From Isorropodon fossajaponicum endosymbiont JTNG4 (GTDB lineage Bacteria; Pseudomonadota; Gammaproteobacteria; PS1; Pseudothioglobaceae): a stretch of DNA of 32,000 nt. A program made the position numbers and the translations under genes. Where the stretch lies: positions 1,110,001-1,142,000 of the forward strand of contig NZ_AP013043.1 of assembly GCF_016592615.1 (NCBI RefSeq). Reading direction: 5' to 3'. Positions 12,668 through 22,230 of the stretch are shown here, in pieces. Every line of letters starts with the position of its first letter. The stretch's first letter is position 1. Under the pieces are notes generated by a model, which was given only the letters and a program-made list of their open reading frames with translations, was not told the origin of the DNA and did not search any database.

Positions 12668-13264
12668 CTACAGCATTGGAATATTATTAAAAATCCTAAG
12701 CGGCTTAGAAAATGAAGAACGCAAAATGTTTAAATCACGTTGCATCCACTGCATAGACTCTTGCATATTTGCCATATTTTTGTTCATCCGCTCTATATTA
12801 ATGAGCATCGGCCCTAAAGAATCCATTTTTAAGCTTATTTGCGTTAAATCTGCTGCAATAGAATCTAAATTATCAAGTTTGCTGGCAATAATATTCATAT
12901 TTTTATTAACTCGCTGAAAGTCTTTTTGCATATAAGCCACAGAAGTAGTCATTTGCCCAACATTATTTGACAAGCTATTAATACTTCTAACCATAGATGA
13001 CATATTGCCACCCATCTCTGGGTCCATTGAGTTAGCTAAACGCGTCATATCCGAGGTAATTGAATAAATAACAACAAAAAATCCCATGATAATAGCGCCA
13101 AACACTGCAAGCGCCGGTAGGAAAAACTTTTCAAACTTAGTGTCAGTACGTCGATCTGCATGCTTTTCAACACTTTCAAGCATTTTTTCTAAATCAGAAA
13201 TACTAGAAGTAATCATTACTTCATCATCTTCAACTTTAAGGTTCTTTTTATTTTTATTCGTCAT
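12668..13264 (-). CDS. Hypothetical single-pass membrane protein, methionine-rich, coiled-coil-like ectodomain
   Basis: An AGGA Shine-Dalgarno overlaps the aroB stop, 4-5 nt before ATG 13264. The stop is 2 nt before the gatC start. There is one TM segment (FFLPALAVFGAIIMGFFVVIYSI). I count about 20 Met in 198 aa. I recognise no family. Confidence 0.7.
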   Translation of the reverse strand: MTNKNKKNLKVEDDEVMITSSISDLEKMLESVEKHADRRTDTKFEKFFLPALAVFGAIIMGFFVVIYSITSDMTRLANSMDPEMGGNMSSMVRSINSLSNNVGQMTTSVAYMQKDFQRVNKNMNIIASKLDNLDSIAADLTQISLKMDSLGPMLINIERMNKNMANMQESMQWMQRDLNILRSSFSKPLRIFNNIPML

Positions 13265-13270
13265 AGTATC

Positions 13271-14350
13271 CTACTGGCAAAATTCATTAATTACTTGATT
13301 TAAAAGCTGATTTTTATAATGATCACAAACAAAAGCATGGCCCAATTCTTTTAATAAAATCAGGCGAATATTGCCATTAATCACTTTCTTATCAACCAAC
13401 ATTGCTTTCATAAAATCAGAAGCACTAATTTTACCAATAATAGAGATAGGTAAATTGGCTTTTTCTAATAAATCTTGAACTTGGGCGACTTGATTGCTGG
13501 ACAAATACCCCTCAAGTTGAGATAGTTTTACTGCCATTAGCATGCCCACTGAAATTGCCTCACCATGCAAAAAAGTGCCATAACCAAGTGTATTTTCAAT
13601 CGCATGGCCAAAAGTGTGCCCGAAGTTCAACAAAGCACGCCTGCCCACTTCTAACTCATCTTGGGCAACAATATTGGCTTTATGCTGGCAAGACTGGTAA
13701 ATTATTTCAGCCATTAAAAGCTTGTTTCTATCCATTAAATCTTTAATGTTTTCTTTCAAAAAATTAAAGAAGTTTGAATGACCTAATAAACCATATTTAA
13801 TCACCTCAGCCATACCTGCTGAGTATTGCTGATTACCCAAAGTATCAAGTGTATCTATATCAATCAGTACGCATTTTGGCTGATGAAAAGCCCCAATCAT
13901 GTTCTTACCAAGTACGTGATTAACACCTGTTTTCCCACCCACGCTAGAATCGACTTGGGACAATAACGTGGTGGGAATTTGAATAAAATTAACGCCACGC
14001 TGATAGCTAGCTGCTGCAAATCCAGTCATATCACCCACCACACCACCACCAAGGGCAATTAATGTGCAACTACGATCAAATCTATTCTCAAGCAGTGCAC
14101 TGAAAATACAATTAAGCGTCTCAAGTGTCTTATATTTTTCACCATCTGGTAAAACCACTTGTGCAAGTTCAAACGATGAAAGCAAATTTTGCACCTTCTC
14201 AAGATACAAGGGTGCCACTGTTGTATTAGTAACAATCATGACTTGCTTGCCACTAATATGTTTTGTTAATAACTCACCTTCTGACAATAAATCTTGACCA
14301 GTATATATAGGGTAAGATTTTTCTTGCAAATCAAGGTTAAGTGTTTTCAT
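13271..14350 (-). CDS. aroB: 3-dehydroquinate synthase
   Basis: LIALGGGVVGDMTGFAAASYQRGVNFIQIPTTLLSQVDSSVGGKTG and HTFGHAIE motifs. Length 359 aa. Its ATG directly abuts the ileS stop. Confidence 0.96.
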   Translation of the reverse strand: MKTLNLDLQEKSYPIYTGQDLLSEGELLTKHISGKQVMIVTNTTVAPLYLEKVQNLLSSFELAQVVLPDGEKYKTLETLNCIFSALLENRFDRSCTLIALGGGVVGDMTGFAAASYQRGVNFIQIPTTLLSQVDSSVGGKTGVNHVLGKNMIGAFHQPKCVLIDIDTLDTLGNQQYSAGMAEVIKYGLLGHSNFFNFLKENIKDLMDRNKLLMAEIIYQSCQHKANIVAQDELEVGRRALLNFGHTFGHAIENTLGYGTFLHGEAISVGMLMAVKLSQLEGYLSSNQVAQVQDLLEKANLPISIIGKISASDFMKAMLVDKKVINGNIRLILLKELGHAFVCDHYKNQLLNQVINEFCQ

Positions 14351-17119
14351 TTAAGCAAATTTCCTTGTTTCACCTTTACCGTCCACATTCTCAACACAAC
14401 GCCCACAAAGTTCTGGGTGTTTAGCATGATTACCCACATCTTCTCTATAATGCCAACAACGTATACACTTTTCATGTTTTGATTTACTCACGTTAATAAA
14501 TACACCTTCTATTGCCTTAATGCAATCATCTTTTTTCTCATTAAGTGGATGAATCCTAACATAAGAAGTAATAAAAACAAATCTTAGCTCATCATCCAAT
14601 TGACTAAGTGCACTAAAAATATCAGTCTCACAATAAATATCAATCTCTGCCTCAAGTGAAGAGCCAATTATCTTTTCACTACGCATACCTTCCATTTGCT
14701 TGCGAATGAATGGACTAATTTCACGCGTGATGTCAATAGCTTTATTCTCATAGCCGAATGTTAAATCTTGATACCAAGATGCTAAAAAAATGCTAGCATT
14801 TTTTTCACTCGGCATATTTTGCCAAATCTCTTCAGCTGTGAATGATAAAACTGGGGCTAGCCAGCGCACCACTGCCTCAGTAATATGGTGCAATGCACTT
14901 TGTGCACTTCTTCTGGCTAAAGAGTTCGCTTGTGTGGTGTATTGTCTATCTTTAATAACATCAAGATAAAAACCACCGAGGTCATTGCTACAAAAATTTA
15001 AAATCAATTGAACCACATGATGAAAATTATATCGTTCATACGCTGTGATAATTTGAGTTTGTAAATCAGCAGTTTTAGCAATAATCCATTTGTCTAAATC
15101 TAGCATCTGTTTATTGTCAAGCAAATGTTCAACAGGGTCAAAACCTTGCATATTTGCCAGCATAAAACGCACAGTATTACGAATACGACGATACGAGTCA
15201 GCGGAACGTTTTAAAATCTCATCACTAACCGTCATTTCACCCGTGTAATCGGTACTGGCAATCCACAATCGTAGAACATCAGCGCCTAAGTTATTGACTA
15301 CTTTTTGAGGACTCATCACATTGCCAAGCGACTTAGACATTTTCTTACCGTCTTTATCAACAACAAAACCATGAGTTAATACGTTTTTGTAAGGTGCTTT
15401 ACCATTAATAGCAACCGAAGAGATAAGTGATGACTGAAACCAACCGCGATGTTGGTCTGAACCCTCTAAATATAAATCTGCCACATTAGATAGCTCTTTT
15501 CTTACCTTTAACACAGCAAAATGACTCACGCCTGAATCAAACCAGACATCAAGTGTATCCGTGATTTTGTCATAGTCATTTGCATCATTGCCAATAAAAT
15601 CTTGAGCGTCAGACTCAAACCAAGCTTCAATACCCTCTTTTTCGATTCTATTTGCAATACTAACAAACAACGCTTGAGTATTTGGATGCAACTCACCTGT
15701 TTGTTTATGTACAAACAAAGTAATCGGCACCCCCCAAAATCTTTGACGAGAAATACACCAATCAGGGCGGTTACCCACCATCAATTCAATGCGTTTTTTG
15801 CCCCAATCTGGTATCCACTGCACTTTTGGAATTTCACTATTGACTATATCTCTAAGACCATTTTGCTGCATAGAGACAAACCACTGAGGGGTTGCTCTAA
15901 AAATAACAGGTGTTTTGTGCCGCCAACAATGTGGATAAGAATGTACTAATGGTTCGTGCTTAACCAATGTGTTGGCTTGTTTAAGAATTTCAATCACACT
16001 AGCGTTGGCTTTAAAAATAAACTGACCACCTAAAAGCTCAGTCTCTTTGAAAAACACACCTTTGGCATCCACTGGACACTCAACAGCTAGATTGTATTTT
16101 AACCCCACAATAAAATCTTCTTGACCGTGTGCAGGTGCCGTATGCACTGCACCTGTACCAGCATCAATGGTTACATGCTCACCTAAAATAGTGGGCACCT
16201 GCTTATCGTAAAATGGGTGTTTTACTTTTAACCCTTCTAACTCACTACCAGAAAAAATCTGCTCGCCGATAGTGGCTTCAACACCATAACGACTAATTGA
16301 ATTCTCTGCCAAGGCTTGGGCAAGTAATAAGCACTCATCACCAATATCAACCAACACATAATTTAGCTCTGGATGGAGTGCTACGGCTTCATTAGCAGGT
16401 AATGTCCAAGGTGTTGTTGTCCAAATAACCACTGAGACTGGCTTATTCGTATTAAAAACTGAATCATCAATAATTCTAAATTTAACATCAATCGCCTCTG
16501 ATTGCTTATCTTTATACTCAACTTCCGCCTCTGCTAAAGCAGAACCACACTCAGTACACCAATGTACGGGTTTATAGCCTTTAGACACATGACCATTTTC
16601 AACAATTTGACCCAAGGCGCGAACAATATCAGCCTCATATTGAAAATCTTTGGTTAAATATGGATTATCCCAATCGCTCAGAATGCCTAAGCGCTGAAAA
16701 TCTTGCTTTTGCTTGGTTACTTGTTGGTCGGCATATTTTCTACATTTTGCCCTAAACGTATTAGCATCAATTTTAACGCCTACTTTGCCGTATTTTTTTT
16801 CAACATTAAGCTCAATCGGCAAGCCGTGGCAATCCCAGCCTGGAACGTACGGCGCATCAAAACCTGACAAAGATTTTGATTTAACAATCATATCTTTCAA
16901 AACTTTATTGACCGCATGACCAATATGAATATCGCCATTTGCATAAGGAGGACCGTCGTGTAAAACAAATTTTGGTTTGTGTTTATTTTGATTACGAATT
17001 TGTTTATAAAGCCCATCATCTTGCCATTTTTTCAAAAACCCACCTTCACGATTGGCAAGATTTGCCTTCATGGCGAATTGAGTGGCTGGAAGATTTAAAC
17101 TGGATTTATAATCAGACAT
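14351..17119 (-). CDS. ileS: Isoleucyl-tRNA synthetase
   Basis: 922 aa with HIGH ([14 protein letters not shown]), KMSKS (KKMSKSLGN) and a C-terminal zinc finger (CIRCWHY...CGRC). Confidence 0.97.
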   Translation of the reverse strand: MSDYKSSLNLPATQFAMKANLANREGGFLKKWQDDGLYKQIRNQNKHKPKFVLHDGPPYANGDIHIGHAVNKVLKDMIVKSKSLSGFDAPYVPGWDCHGLPIELNVEKKYGKVGVKIDANTFRAKCRKYADQQVTKQKQDFQRLGILSDWDNPYLTKDFQYEADIVRALGQIVENGHVSKGYKPVHWCTECGSALAEAEVEYKDKQSEAIDVKFRIIDDSVFNTNKPVSVVIWTTTPWTLPANEAVALHPELNYVLVDIGDECLLLAQALAENSISRYGVEATIGEQIFSGSELEGLKVKHPFYDKQVPTILGEHVTIDAGTGAVHTAPAHGQEDFIVGLKYNLAVECPVDAKGVFFKETELLGGQFIFKANASVIEILKQANTLVKHEPLVHSYPHCWRHKTPVIFRATPQWFVSMQQNGLRDIVNSEIPKVQWIPDWGKKRIELMVGNRPDWCISRQRFWGVPITLFVHKQTGELHPNTQALFVSIANRIEKEGIEAWFESDAQDFIGNDANDYDKITDTLDVWFDSGVSHFAVLKVRKELSNVADLYLEGSDQHRGWFQSSLISSVAINGKAPYKNVLTHGFVVDKDGKKMSKSLGNVMSPQKVVNNLGADVLRLWIASTDYTGEMTVSDEILKRSADSYRRIRNTVRFMLANMQGFDPVEHLLDNKQMLDLDKWIIAKTADLQTQIITAYERYNFHHVVQLILNFCSNDLGGFYLDVIKDRQYTTQANSLARRSAQSALHHITEAVVRWLAPVLSFTAEEIWQNMPSEKNASIFLASWYQDLTFGYENKAIDITREISPFIRKQMEGMRSEKIIGSSLEAEIDIYCETDIFSALSQLDDELRFVFITSYVRIHPLNEKKDDCIKAIEGVFINVSKSKHEKCIRCWHYREDVGNHAKHPELCGRCVENVDGKGETRKFA

Positions 17120-17151
17120 TAATACTTAAAGAAATAAAGATTAAAAGTGCA

Positions 17152-17181
17152 ATTATACGTGATGGCACTGGATTTTGAAAA
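17152..17181 (-). promoter_or_regulatory. Candidate promoter for the ileS array (TTTTCA-18-TATAAT on the minus strand)
   Basis: Minus-strand TATAAT corresponds to plus-strand 17152-17157. The -35-like ttttca corresponds to plus-strand 17176-17181. It lies about 33 nt upstream of the ileS ATG at 17119. Confidence 0.3.
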
Positions 17182-17452
17182 CGATAATCCATCGCTAAAA
17201 GATAAAAATAGCTATTTTTTAAACCGATAGAAAAATTTCAAGTACACGAATAAAACAACACTAAACACAGTGAAAATCATAGCACTCCAAAAAAACACCG
17301 TCTGTATTTAGTTCGTTAATAAGCATTGAAAATTATTTAAAATTAGAATATTTAATTCTTTGCTTGATTCTTTTTTTGATAAATCCAAAAAATAATACTA
17401 ACTAGCGCTGTTAAAACAATCATTACTATGCTCACATAAAAAAATAGGGCTG

Positions 17453-18181
17453 TTATCGTTCTACAGCATCAAGTAATAACTTCACTTGCCCAGGCTTTAA
17501 ATAATCATATTGATTGGCCTTAAGATTATCAGGCAGGCGAATCTCGCCAAAACGAATACGGATAAGGCGTGATACTTTAAACCCTAACGCCTCCCATAAA
17601 CGCCTCACCTCACGCTTTTTCCCTTCTTTAAGTACGACTTTATACCAACGATTAGCACCCTGACCACCACCAAATGTTATTTGGTTAAACTTAGCAAAGC
17701 CATCATCAAGTTTAATACCTTGGGTCAATTTTTTTAAATCCTCATTCTCAACCTGACCCAACACCCTAACCGCATATTCTCTATCAATTTGCGAGCTGGG
17801 ATGCATGAGTTTGTTAGCTAAATCACCATTATTCGTAAAAAGCAACAAGCCAGAAGTGTTCAAATCAAGACGCCCCACCATAACCCAACGTGACTCCTTG
17901 GACAATAAACTATAAACACTTTTTCGCCCTTCATCGTCTTTGTTTGAACAAATAACCCCTGCTTTCTTATTCAAAATAAGCACTTTTGTTTCTTGTTCAA
18001 GATAGCGACTTAAATCAATTTTCCGCCCATCAATCTTAACACGGTCAGTTATTTCAGCCTTGTCGCCAATACTGGCAGTTCTATTATTAACTTCAATACG
18101 TCCTTGCTCAATTAAACGCTCTGCCCAACGACGAGATCCATAACCGGCACTGGCAATAAGTTTTTGTAATCTATCAGCCAT
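17453..18181 (-). CDS. rluB: 23S rRNA pseudouridine synthase RluB (RsuA family)
   Basis: S4 domain (RLQKLIASAGYGSRRWAERLIEQGRIEVN) and a catalytic GRLDLNTSGLLLFTNNGDLANKLMHPS. REYAVRV and REVRRLWEALGFKVSRLIRIRFG closely parallel E. coli RluB. Confidence 0.92.
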   Translation of the reverse strand: MADRLQKLIASAGYGSRRWAERLIEQGRIEVNNRTASIGDKAEITDRVKIDGRKIDLSRYLEQETKVLILNKKAGVICSNKDDEGRKSVYSLLSKESRWVMVGRLDLNTSGLLLFTNNGDLANKLMHPSSQIDREYAVRVLGQVENEDLKKLTQGIKLDDGFAKFNQITFGGGQGANRWYKVVLKEGKKREVRRLWEALGFKVSRLIRIRFGEIRLPDNLKANQYDYLKPGQVKLLLDAVER

Positions 18182-18183
18182 GA

Positions 18184-19383
18184 TTAATAATTAATGCCCA
18201 TCGCTTCTCGAACCTCTATCATGGTTTCTTTAGCAACACTTCTGGCCTTTTCAGAACCTTCAAAAATAATTTGCTTGATAAGCCCTGAGTCTGCCTGGTA
18301 TTTAGTAATGCGTTCTTGCATAGGGGCCAACTCCTCTTCAATGGCATTAATAATAGGCTGTTTACATTCTACACAACCTATTTTCGCCTTAGTACAACCT
18401 TCCACCACCCAATCACAAGTTGATTTGTTTGAATACACTTCGTGCAGCTGCCATACTGGGCATTTTTGTGGATTACCTACATCAGTCAACTTGATTCTAG
18501 CAGGGTCAGTTGGCATTCGCTTAATCTTGGCTTGTATTTGTTCGGCAGTGTCTCGCAAAGAAATTGTATTACCATAAGATTTACTCATTTTTTGACCATC
18601 CAGCCCTGACATTTTTGAAGCTTTGGTTAACAATGGTTCAGGTTCAGGCAAGATAATCTTGCCCACGCCTTCAATATAACCTGAAAGTCGTCCTCTGTCA
18701 CCCAGAGTAATATTTTGTTGTTGTTGTAACAAGGCTTGCGCCTTTATTAAAGCCTCATCATCGCCTGTTTCTTGGTAGGATTTACGTAGCGAGCGATACG
18801 ATTTAGCTTGTTTTTTACCCATTTTACTAATGGCAATTTCAGCCTTTTCTTCAAAATCAACTTCACGACCATAAAGATAATTAAAACGCCTAGCTACTTC
18901 ACGTGTCAGTTCAATGTGTGCAACTTGGTCTTCACCGACTGGCACTAGTCCTGCTTTATAAATTAAAATGTCTGCACTTTGTAATAAAGGGTAACCCAAA
19001 AATCCATAAGTTGCTAAATCTTTAGTGTTTAGCTTAAGTTGTTGATCCTTATATGAAGGCACACGCTCCAGCCAACTTAGAGGCGTTGACATGGAAAGCA
19101 ATAAGTGCAGCTCTGCATGCTCAGGCACTTTGGATTGTACAAAAATCGTTGAAGTGTTTGGATTAATACCGACAGCTAACCAATCAACCACCATTTCCAT
19201 GACGTTAGTATTTAAATCTATCTTATCTGAATAATGTGTGGTAAATGCGTGCCAATCAGCCACAAAAAAGTAAGAATCATACTCATTTTGTAACGCTAGC
19301 CAATTTTTCAAAACGCCATGATAATGACCCAAATGAAGCTGACCCGTAGGTCGCATGCCTGATAAAACTCGTCTGTCTTGCAT
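18184..19383 (-). CDS. trpS: Tryptophanyl-tRNA synthetase (long form, C-terminal Cys cluster)
   Basis: HIGH-type TGQLHLGHYHG, KMSKS (GQKMSKSYGN), 399 aa. It sits 2 nt upstream of rluB. Confidence 0.96.
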   Translation of the reverse strand: MQDRRVLSGMRPTGQLHLGHYHGVLKNWLALQNEYDSYFFVADWHAFTTHYSDKIDLNTNVMEMVVDWLAVGINPNTSTIFVQSKVPEHAELHLLLSMSTPLSWLERVPSYKDQQLKLNTKDLATYGFLGYPLLQSADILIYKAGLVPVGEDQVAHIELTREVARRFNYLYGREVDFEEKAEIAISKMGKKQAKSYRSLRKSYQETGDDEALIKAQALLQQQQNITLGDRGRLSGYIEGVGKIILPEPEPLLTKASKMSGLDGQKMSKSYGNTISLRDTAEQIQAKIKRMPTDPARIKLTDVGNPQKCPVWQLHEVYSNKSTCDWVVEGCTKAKIGCVECKQPIINAIEEELAPMQERITKYQADSGLIKQIIFEGSEKARSVAKETMIEVREAMGINY

Positions 19384-19413
19384 TATATTTTGATTTAAAA
19401 TTAAATGAGTGGA

Positions 19414-20118
19414 TTATACCAAGGCTGAATGCAGCGCTTTATATGTTTGCGCATAGCTAGACAAGCCTTCTAAGACTAAATTTTGATGAAGTTTAACTTG
19501 ATGATGAAGTTTTAATGCAACCATCTTAGCATCGCCACCTGTTAGTACAACAATTAAATCACTATAATGATTCAAATACTGTTCAATTTGTGTATTAATA
19601 GTATTCATCAGCATCTGGCTTGTACCAACTAGCCAACCTTCTTGGGTATTGTTTACAGTTAAGCCTAAAGATAGCTGTTGAGCACTGCTAGAAAATTGAG
19701 CAAAGCTATGTCTTAATGCACTCAAACCAGGCATAATAAGCCCTCCTTGATGTTTACCATTAGCAAGTACTAAGTCAAAAGTCAGTGCACTACCTGCATC
19801 AATAATTAGCAAATTTTGTTTAGGGTAACGCTCAACACTGGCTAGCATCGCCAACCAACGATCAGAGCCCAATGTAGACGGCATTTGATAGCCACATTCT
19901 AAAAATTTAAATGCGCGTTCAGCCTTAATAAAATGCGTATTATTAAGCCCGTCCAATACATGGCAATCACCCACACAACTAACAAAAATTTTATCTGCTT
20001 TTGGTAAGTGAGTTTTATCAAACTCATTAATAAGTATTAAATTGGTTTTATCGTTCAAACGCCATTTGATAGCGGTATTGCCAATATCAACCAATAAATA
20101 TGACTTAGACTGGCACAT
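19414..20118 (-). CDS. coaX: Type III pantothenate kinase
   Basis: YLLVDIGNTAIKW N-terminal phosphate-binding motif and IIDAGSALTFD. I place the start at ATG 20118. The track's ORF begins at GTG 20130. Both overlap the nhaD 3' end. Confidence 0.88.
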   Translation of the reverse strand: MCQSKSYLLVDIGNTAIKWRLNDKTNLILINEFDKTHLPKADKIFVSCVGDCHVLDGLNNTHFIKAERAFKFLECGYQMPSTLGSDRWLAMLASVERYPKQNLLIIDAGSALTFDLVLANGKHQGGLIMPGLSALRHSFAQFSSSAQQLSLGLTVNNTQEGWLVGTSQMLMNTINTQIEQYLNHYSDLIVVLTGGDAKMVALKLHHQVKLHQNLVLEGLSSYAQTYKALHSALV

Positions 20119-21469
20119 CAAACAAAGCACCGTTCATTAATAAATGCGCGCCGATGCTTGCAGCATAACCTAGTGCAATCACACCTGTCCACCTAAGGTG
20201 TGAACCAAACGTATAAAGCCCTTTTGATTGACCCATCAACGCCACACCTGCAGCGGAACCTACTGAAAGCAAACTACCGCCCACCCCTGTTGTGAGTGTT
20301 ACTAATAACCACTGACCTAATGACATATCAGGATTCATGCTTAATACTGCAAACATCACTGGGATATTATCAATAATGGCAGACAACACGCCCACCAAAA
20401 TATTGGCATAAGTTGCCCCTAAAGATAAATACATGATCTCAGAAGTGAGTGCTAAATAACCCATAAAGCCTAGTCCGCCAACACTTAAAATCACCCCAAA
20501 GAAAAATAACAAAGTATCCCACTCTGCATTTGCTACTTTTTTAAACACATCAAATCCATCTTGTTGCAATTTACGCTCAGATTTGCGGATAAAGTAAGCA
20601 ACAATCATAAGATAACTCAAACCCGTCATCATGCCCATTGCTGGTGGTAAATGTAGAAAATTATGAAAACTAACTGCGGTAATAATGGTAATAATAAAGA
20701 GAACAACAATGGTAATACCACCCAATTTAATATCAACTTTACTTTGGCTGCCCGTGGCTATCTCGTTTTTAATAGAAAAATGCATGATAGCGGCTGGCAC
20801 GATAAAATTAATCAATGACGGTACTAACAAACTAAAAAATTGCGAAAACTCAACAATGCCCTTTTGCCATACCATAAGCGTGGTAATATCACCAAATGGA
20901 CTAAACGCACCACCTGCATTGGCAGCCACAACAATATTAATAAAAGCAATGGATACAAAACGTGGATTACTTGCACCTACTGCTAACACGACTGCACCCA
21001 TAATAAGTGCTGTGGTTAAATTATCAGCAATTGGCGAGATAAAGAAAGCCAAAAACCCTGTCAGCCAAAAAAGTTGTCTAAAAGTTAAGCCTTTATTAAC
21101 TAGCCAAACTTTAAGCGCTTCAAATATTTGTCTTTCACGCATGGCCTCGATATAAGTCATTGCCACTAATAAGAATAAAAACAACTCTGAATATTCTAAT
21201 ATATTATGTCTAAGCGCTACTTCAGCGGAATGTGGCAAACCTTGACTGGCGTAGACCCAGCCAATTAACCCCCAAATAACACCCGCCACCAAGATAACAG
21301 GCTTGGATTTTCTAAAATGAGTAAATTCTTCCACCATTACCAGGATATAAGCCAACACAAACAACACGAGTGCTACATAACCTACCCAATGACTGGTTAG
21401 GTCTAAGGTTGTAAGCGGCTCGCTAGTTGCAAAAGCGCTCATAGGTAAAATTATTAGTAACTTAATCAT
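20105..21469 (-). CDS. nhaD: NhaD-type Na+/H+ antiporter (ArsB/NhaD permease superfamily)
   Basis: 454-aa polytopic membrane protein whose length and motifs (SPIADNLTTAL, FSPFGDITTLMVW, IDNIPV) fit the NhaD family. Its ATG overlaps the ygfZ stop by 8 nt. Confidence 0.8.
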   Translation of the reverse strand: MIKLLIILPMSAFATSEPLTTLDLTSHWVGYVALVLFVLAYILVMVEEFTHFRKSKPVILVAGVIWGLIGWVYASQGLPHSAEVALRHNILEYSELFLFLLVAMTYIEAMRERQIFEALKVWLVNKGLTFRQLFWLTGFLAFFISPIADNLTTALIMGAVVLAVGASNPRFVSIAFINIVVAANAGGAFSPFGDITTLMVWQKGIVEFSQFFSLLVPSLINFIVPAAIMHFSIKNEIATGSQSKVDIKLGGITIVVLFIITIITAVSFHNFLHLPPAMGMMTGLSYLMIVAYFIRKSERKLQQDGFDVFKKVANAEWDTLLFFFGVILSVGGLGFMGYLALTSEIMYLSLGATYANILVGVLSAIIDNIPVMFAVLSMNPDMSLGQWLLVTLTTGVGGSLLSVGSAAGVALMGQSKGLYTFGSHLRWTGVIALGYAASIGAHLLMNGALFDVPV

Positions 21470-22124
21470 TTTTAATCCTTGTTAATTTAGCATCGTTACA
21501 TGTAATTTCGCTATCTTGATACTTGACTTCAACCGTTGCTAAATATCTTAATTTGTCAGCTGATTTTACACAACGCACCACAATGCCTGATGCTTTTGCT
21601 GATTTTGAGCCAAGTGCAATCAATTTGTCACCCACGTTAAGCACTTGTCCACATTCAAATAACCGCATAAAACGCTTTGGCTTACCTAAGTAATGCAAAC
21701 GTGCAACCACTTCTTGCCCGGGATAACAGCCCTTTGAAAAACTAACTCCAACTTCATCAATGTCTAAATTTAGCTCTTGTGGTACAAATTTTTCACTAGT
21801 TATTGAATACACTTCGGGATGTTTCATCACATCAATCGGTGGATTAGTATTTAAAGTGGCTTGTTTTATTTCAACATTTGCCATTAATATAAACATATTA
21901 AGACGCTTTAGTACCTTGTTTTGCAAACTGTCAGGAAAATTCAAATAAAAATTACCTTTAACTTTGGTAACCCAAAATAAAGCAATTACCTTACCCTGAT
22001 GCTGACAATAAGCATTTAACTGCCACTCATTCTCTCCAATAGAAGCAATATTATTACTCAACTGTCCTTGCAGAAAACTCTGTGCATCCGCCCCATTTAT
22101 TTTTAAAGTCACTCTATCTTTCAT
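21462..22124 (-). CDS. ygfZ: Folate-binding YgfZ/CAF17 family protein (short form)
   Basis: N-terminal GADAQSFLQGQLSNNI and the family signature KGCYPGQEVVARLHYLGKPKR. Length 220 aa. Confidence 0.85.
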   Translation of the reverse strand: MKDRVTLKINGADAQSFLQGQLSNNIASIGENEWQLNAYCQHQGKVIALFWVTKVKGNFYLNFPDSLQNKVLKRLNMFILMANVEIKQATLNTNPPIDVMKHPEVYSITSEKFVPQELNLDIDEVGVSFSKGCYPGQEVVARLHYLGKPKRFMRLFECGQVLNVGDKLIALGSKSAKASGIVVRCVKSADKLRYLATVEVKYQDSEITCNDAKLTRIKND

Positions 22125-22191
22125 GTTTTTTTATTTTTTGAATTTAACTGCTTGAATTTTATCAGACAGTTAAATTTTAAATTCAAAAAAT

Positions 22192-22230
22192 AAAAAAACC
22201 CTTAGTCTTATTTTAGGACTAAGGGTTTTT
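22192..22230 (-). terminator. Rho-independent terminator downstream of the porin gene (symmetric A-run and T-run)
   Basis: The stem cccttagtc(t) at 22199-22208 pairs with (g)gactaaggg at 22216-22225. It is flanked by A7 (22192-22198) and T5 (22226-22230). On the minus strand the hairpin is followed by tttttttatttttt. Confidence 0.8.

Noticed and set aside
17204-17219. A perfect 16-bp palindrome, aaaaatagctattttt, upstream of ileS, considered as a possible operator.
   Set aside because: In DNA this A/T-rich, several perfect 8+8 palindromes are expected by chance in 32 kb. There is no second copy and no associated regulator gene.
20685-21155. Long alternate-strand ORFs in the six-frame track. 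Examples are 20685..21155(+) at 156 aa, 3827..4267(-) at 146 aa, 18194..18577(+), 1638..1991(-), 699..1049(-), 15602..15949(+), 6457..6780(+) and 22674..22970(+).
   Set aside because: Each lies entirely inside a gene with strong motif-level homology on the opposite strand. They have low-complexity, Ser/Leu/Ile-rich translations typical of antisense frames in A/T-rich DNA. None has a recognisable Shine-Dalgarno or protein family.
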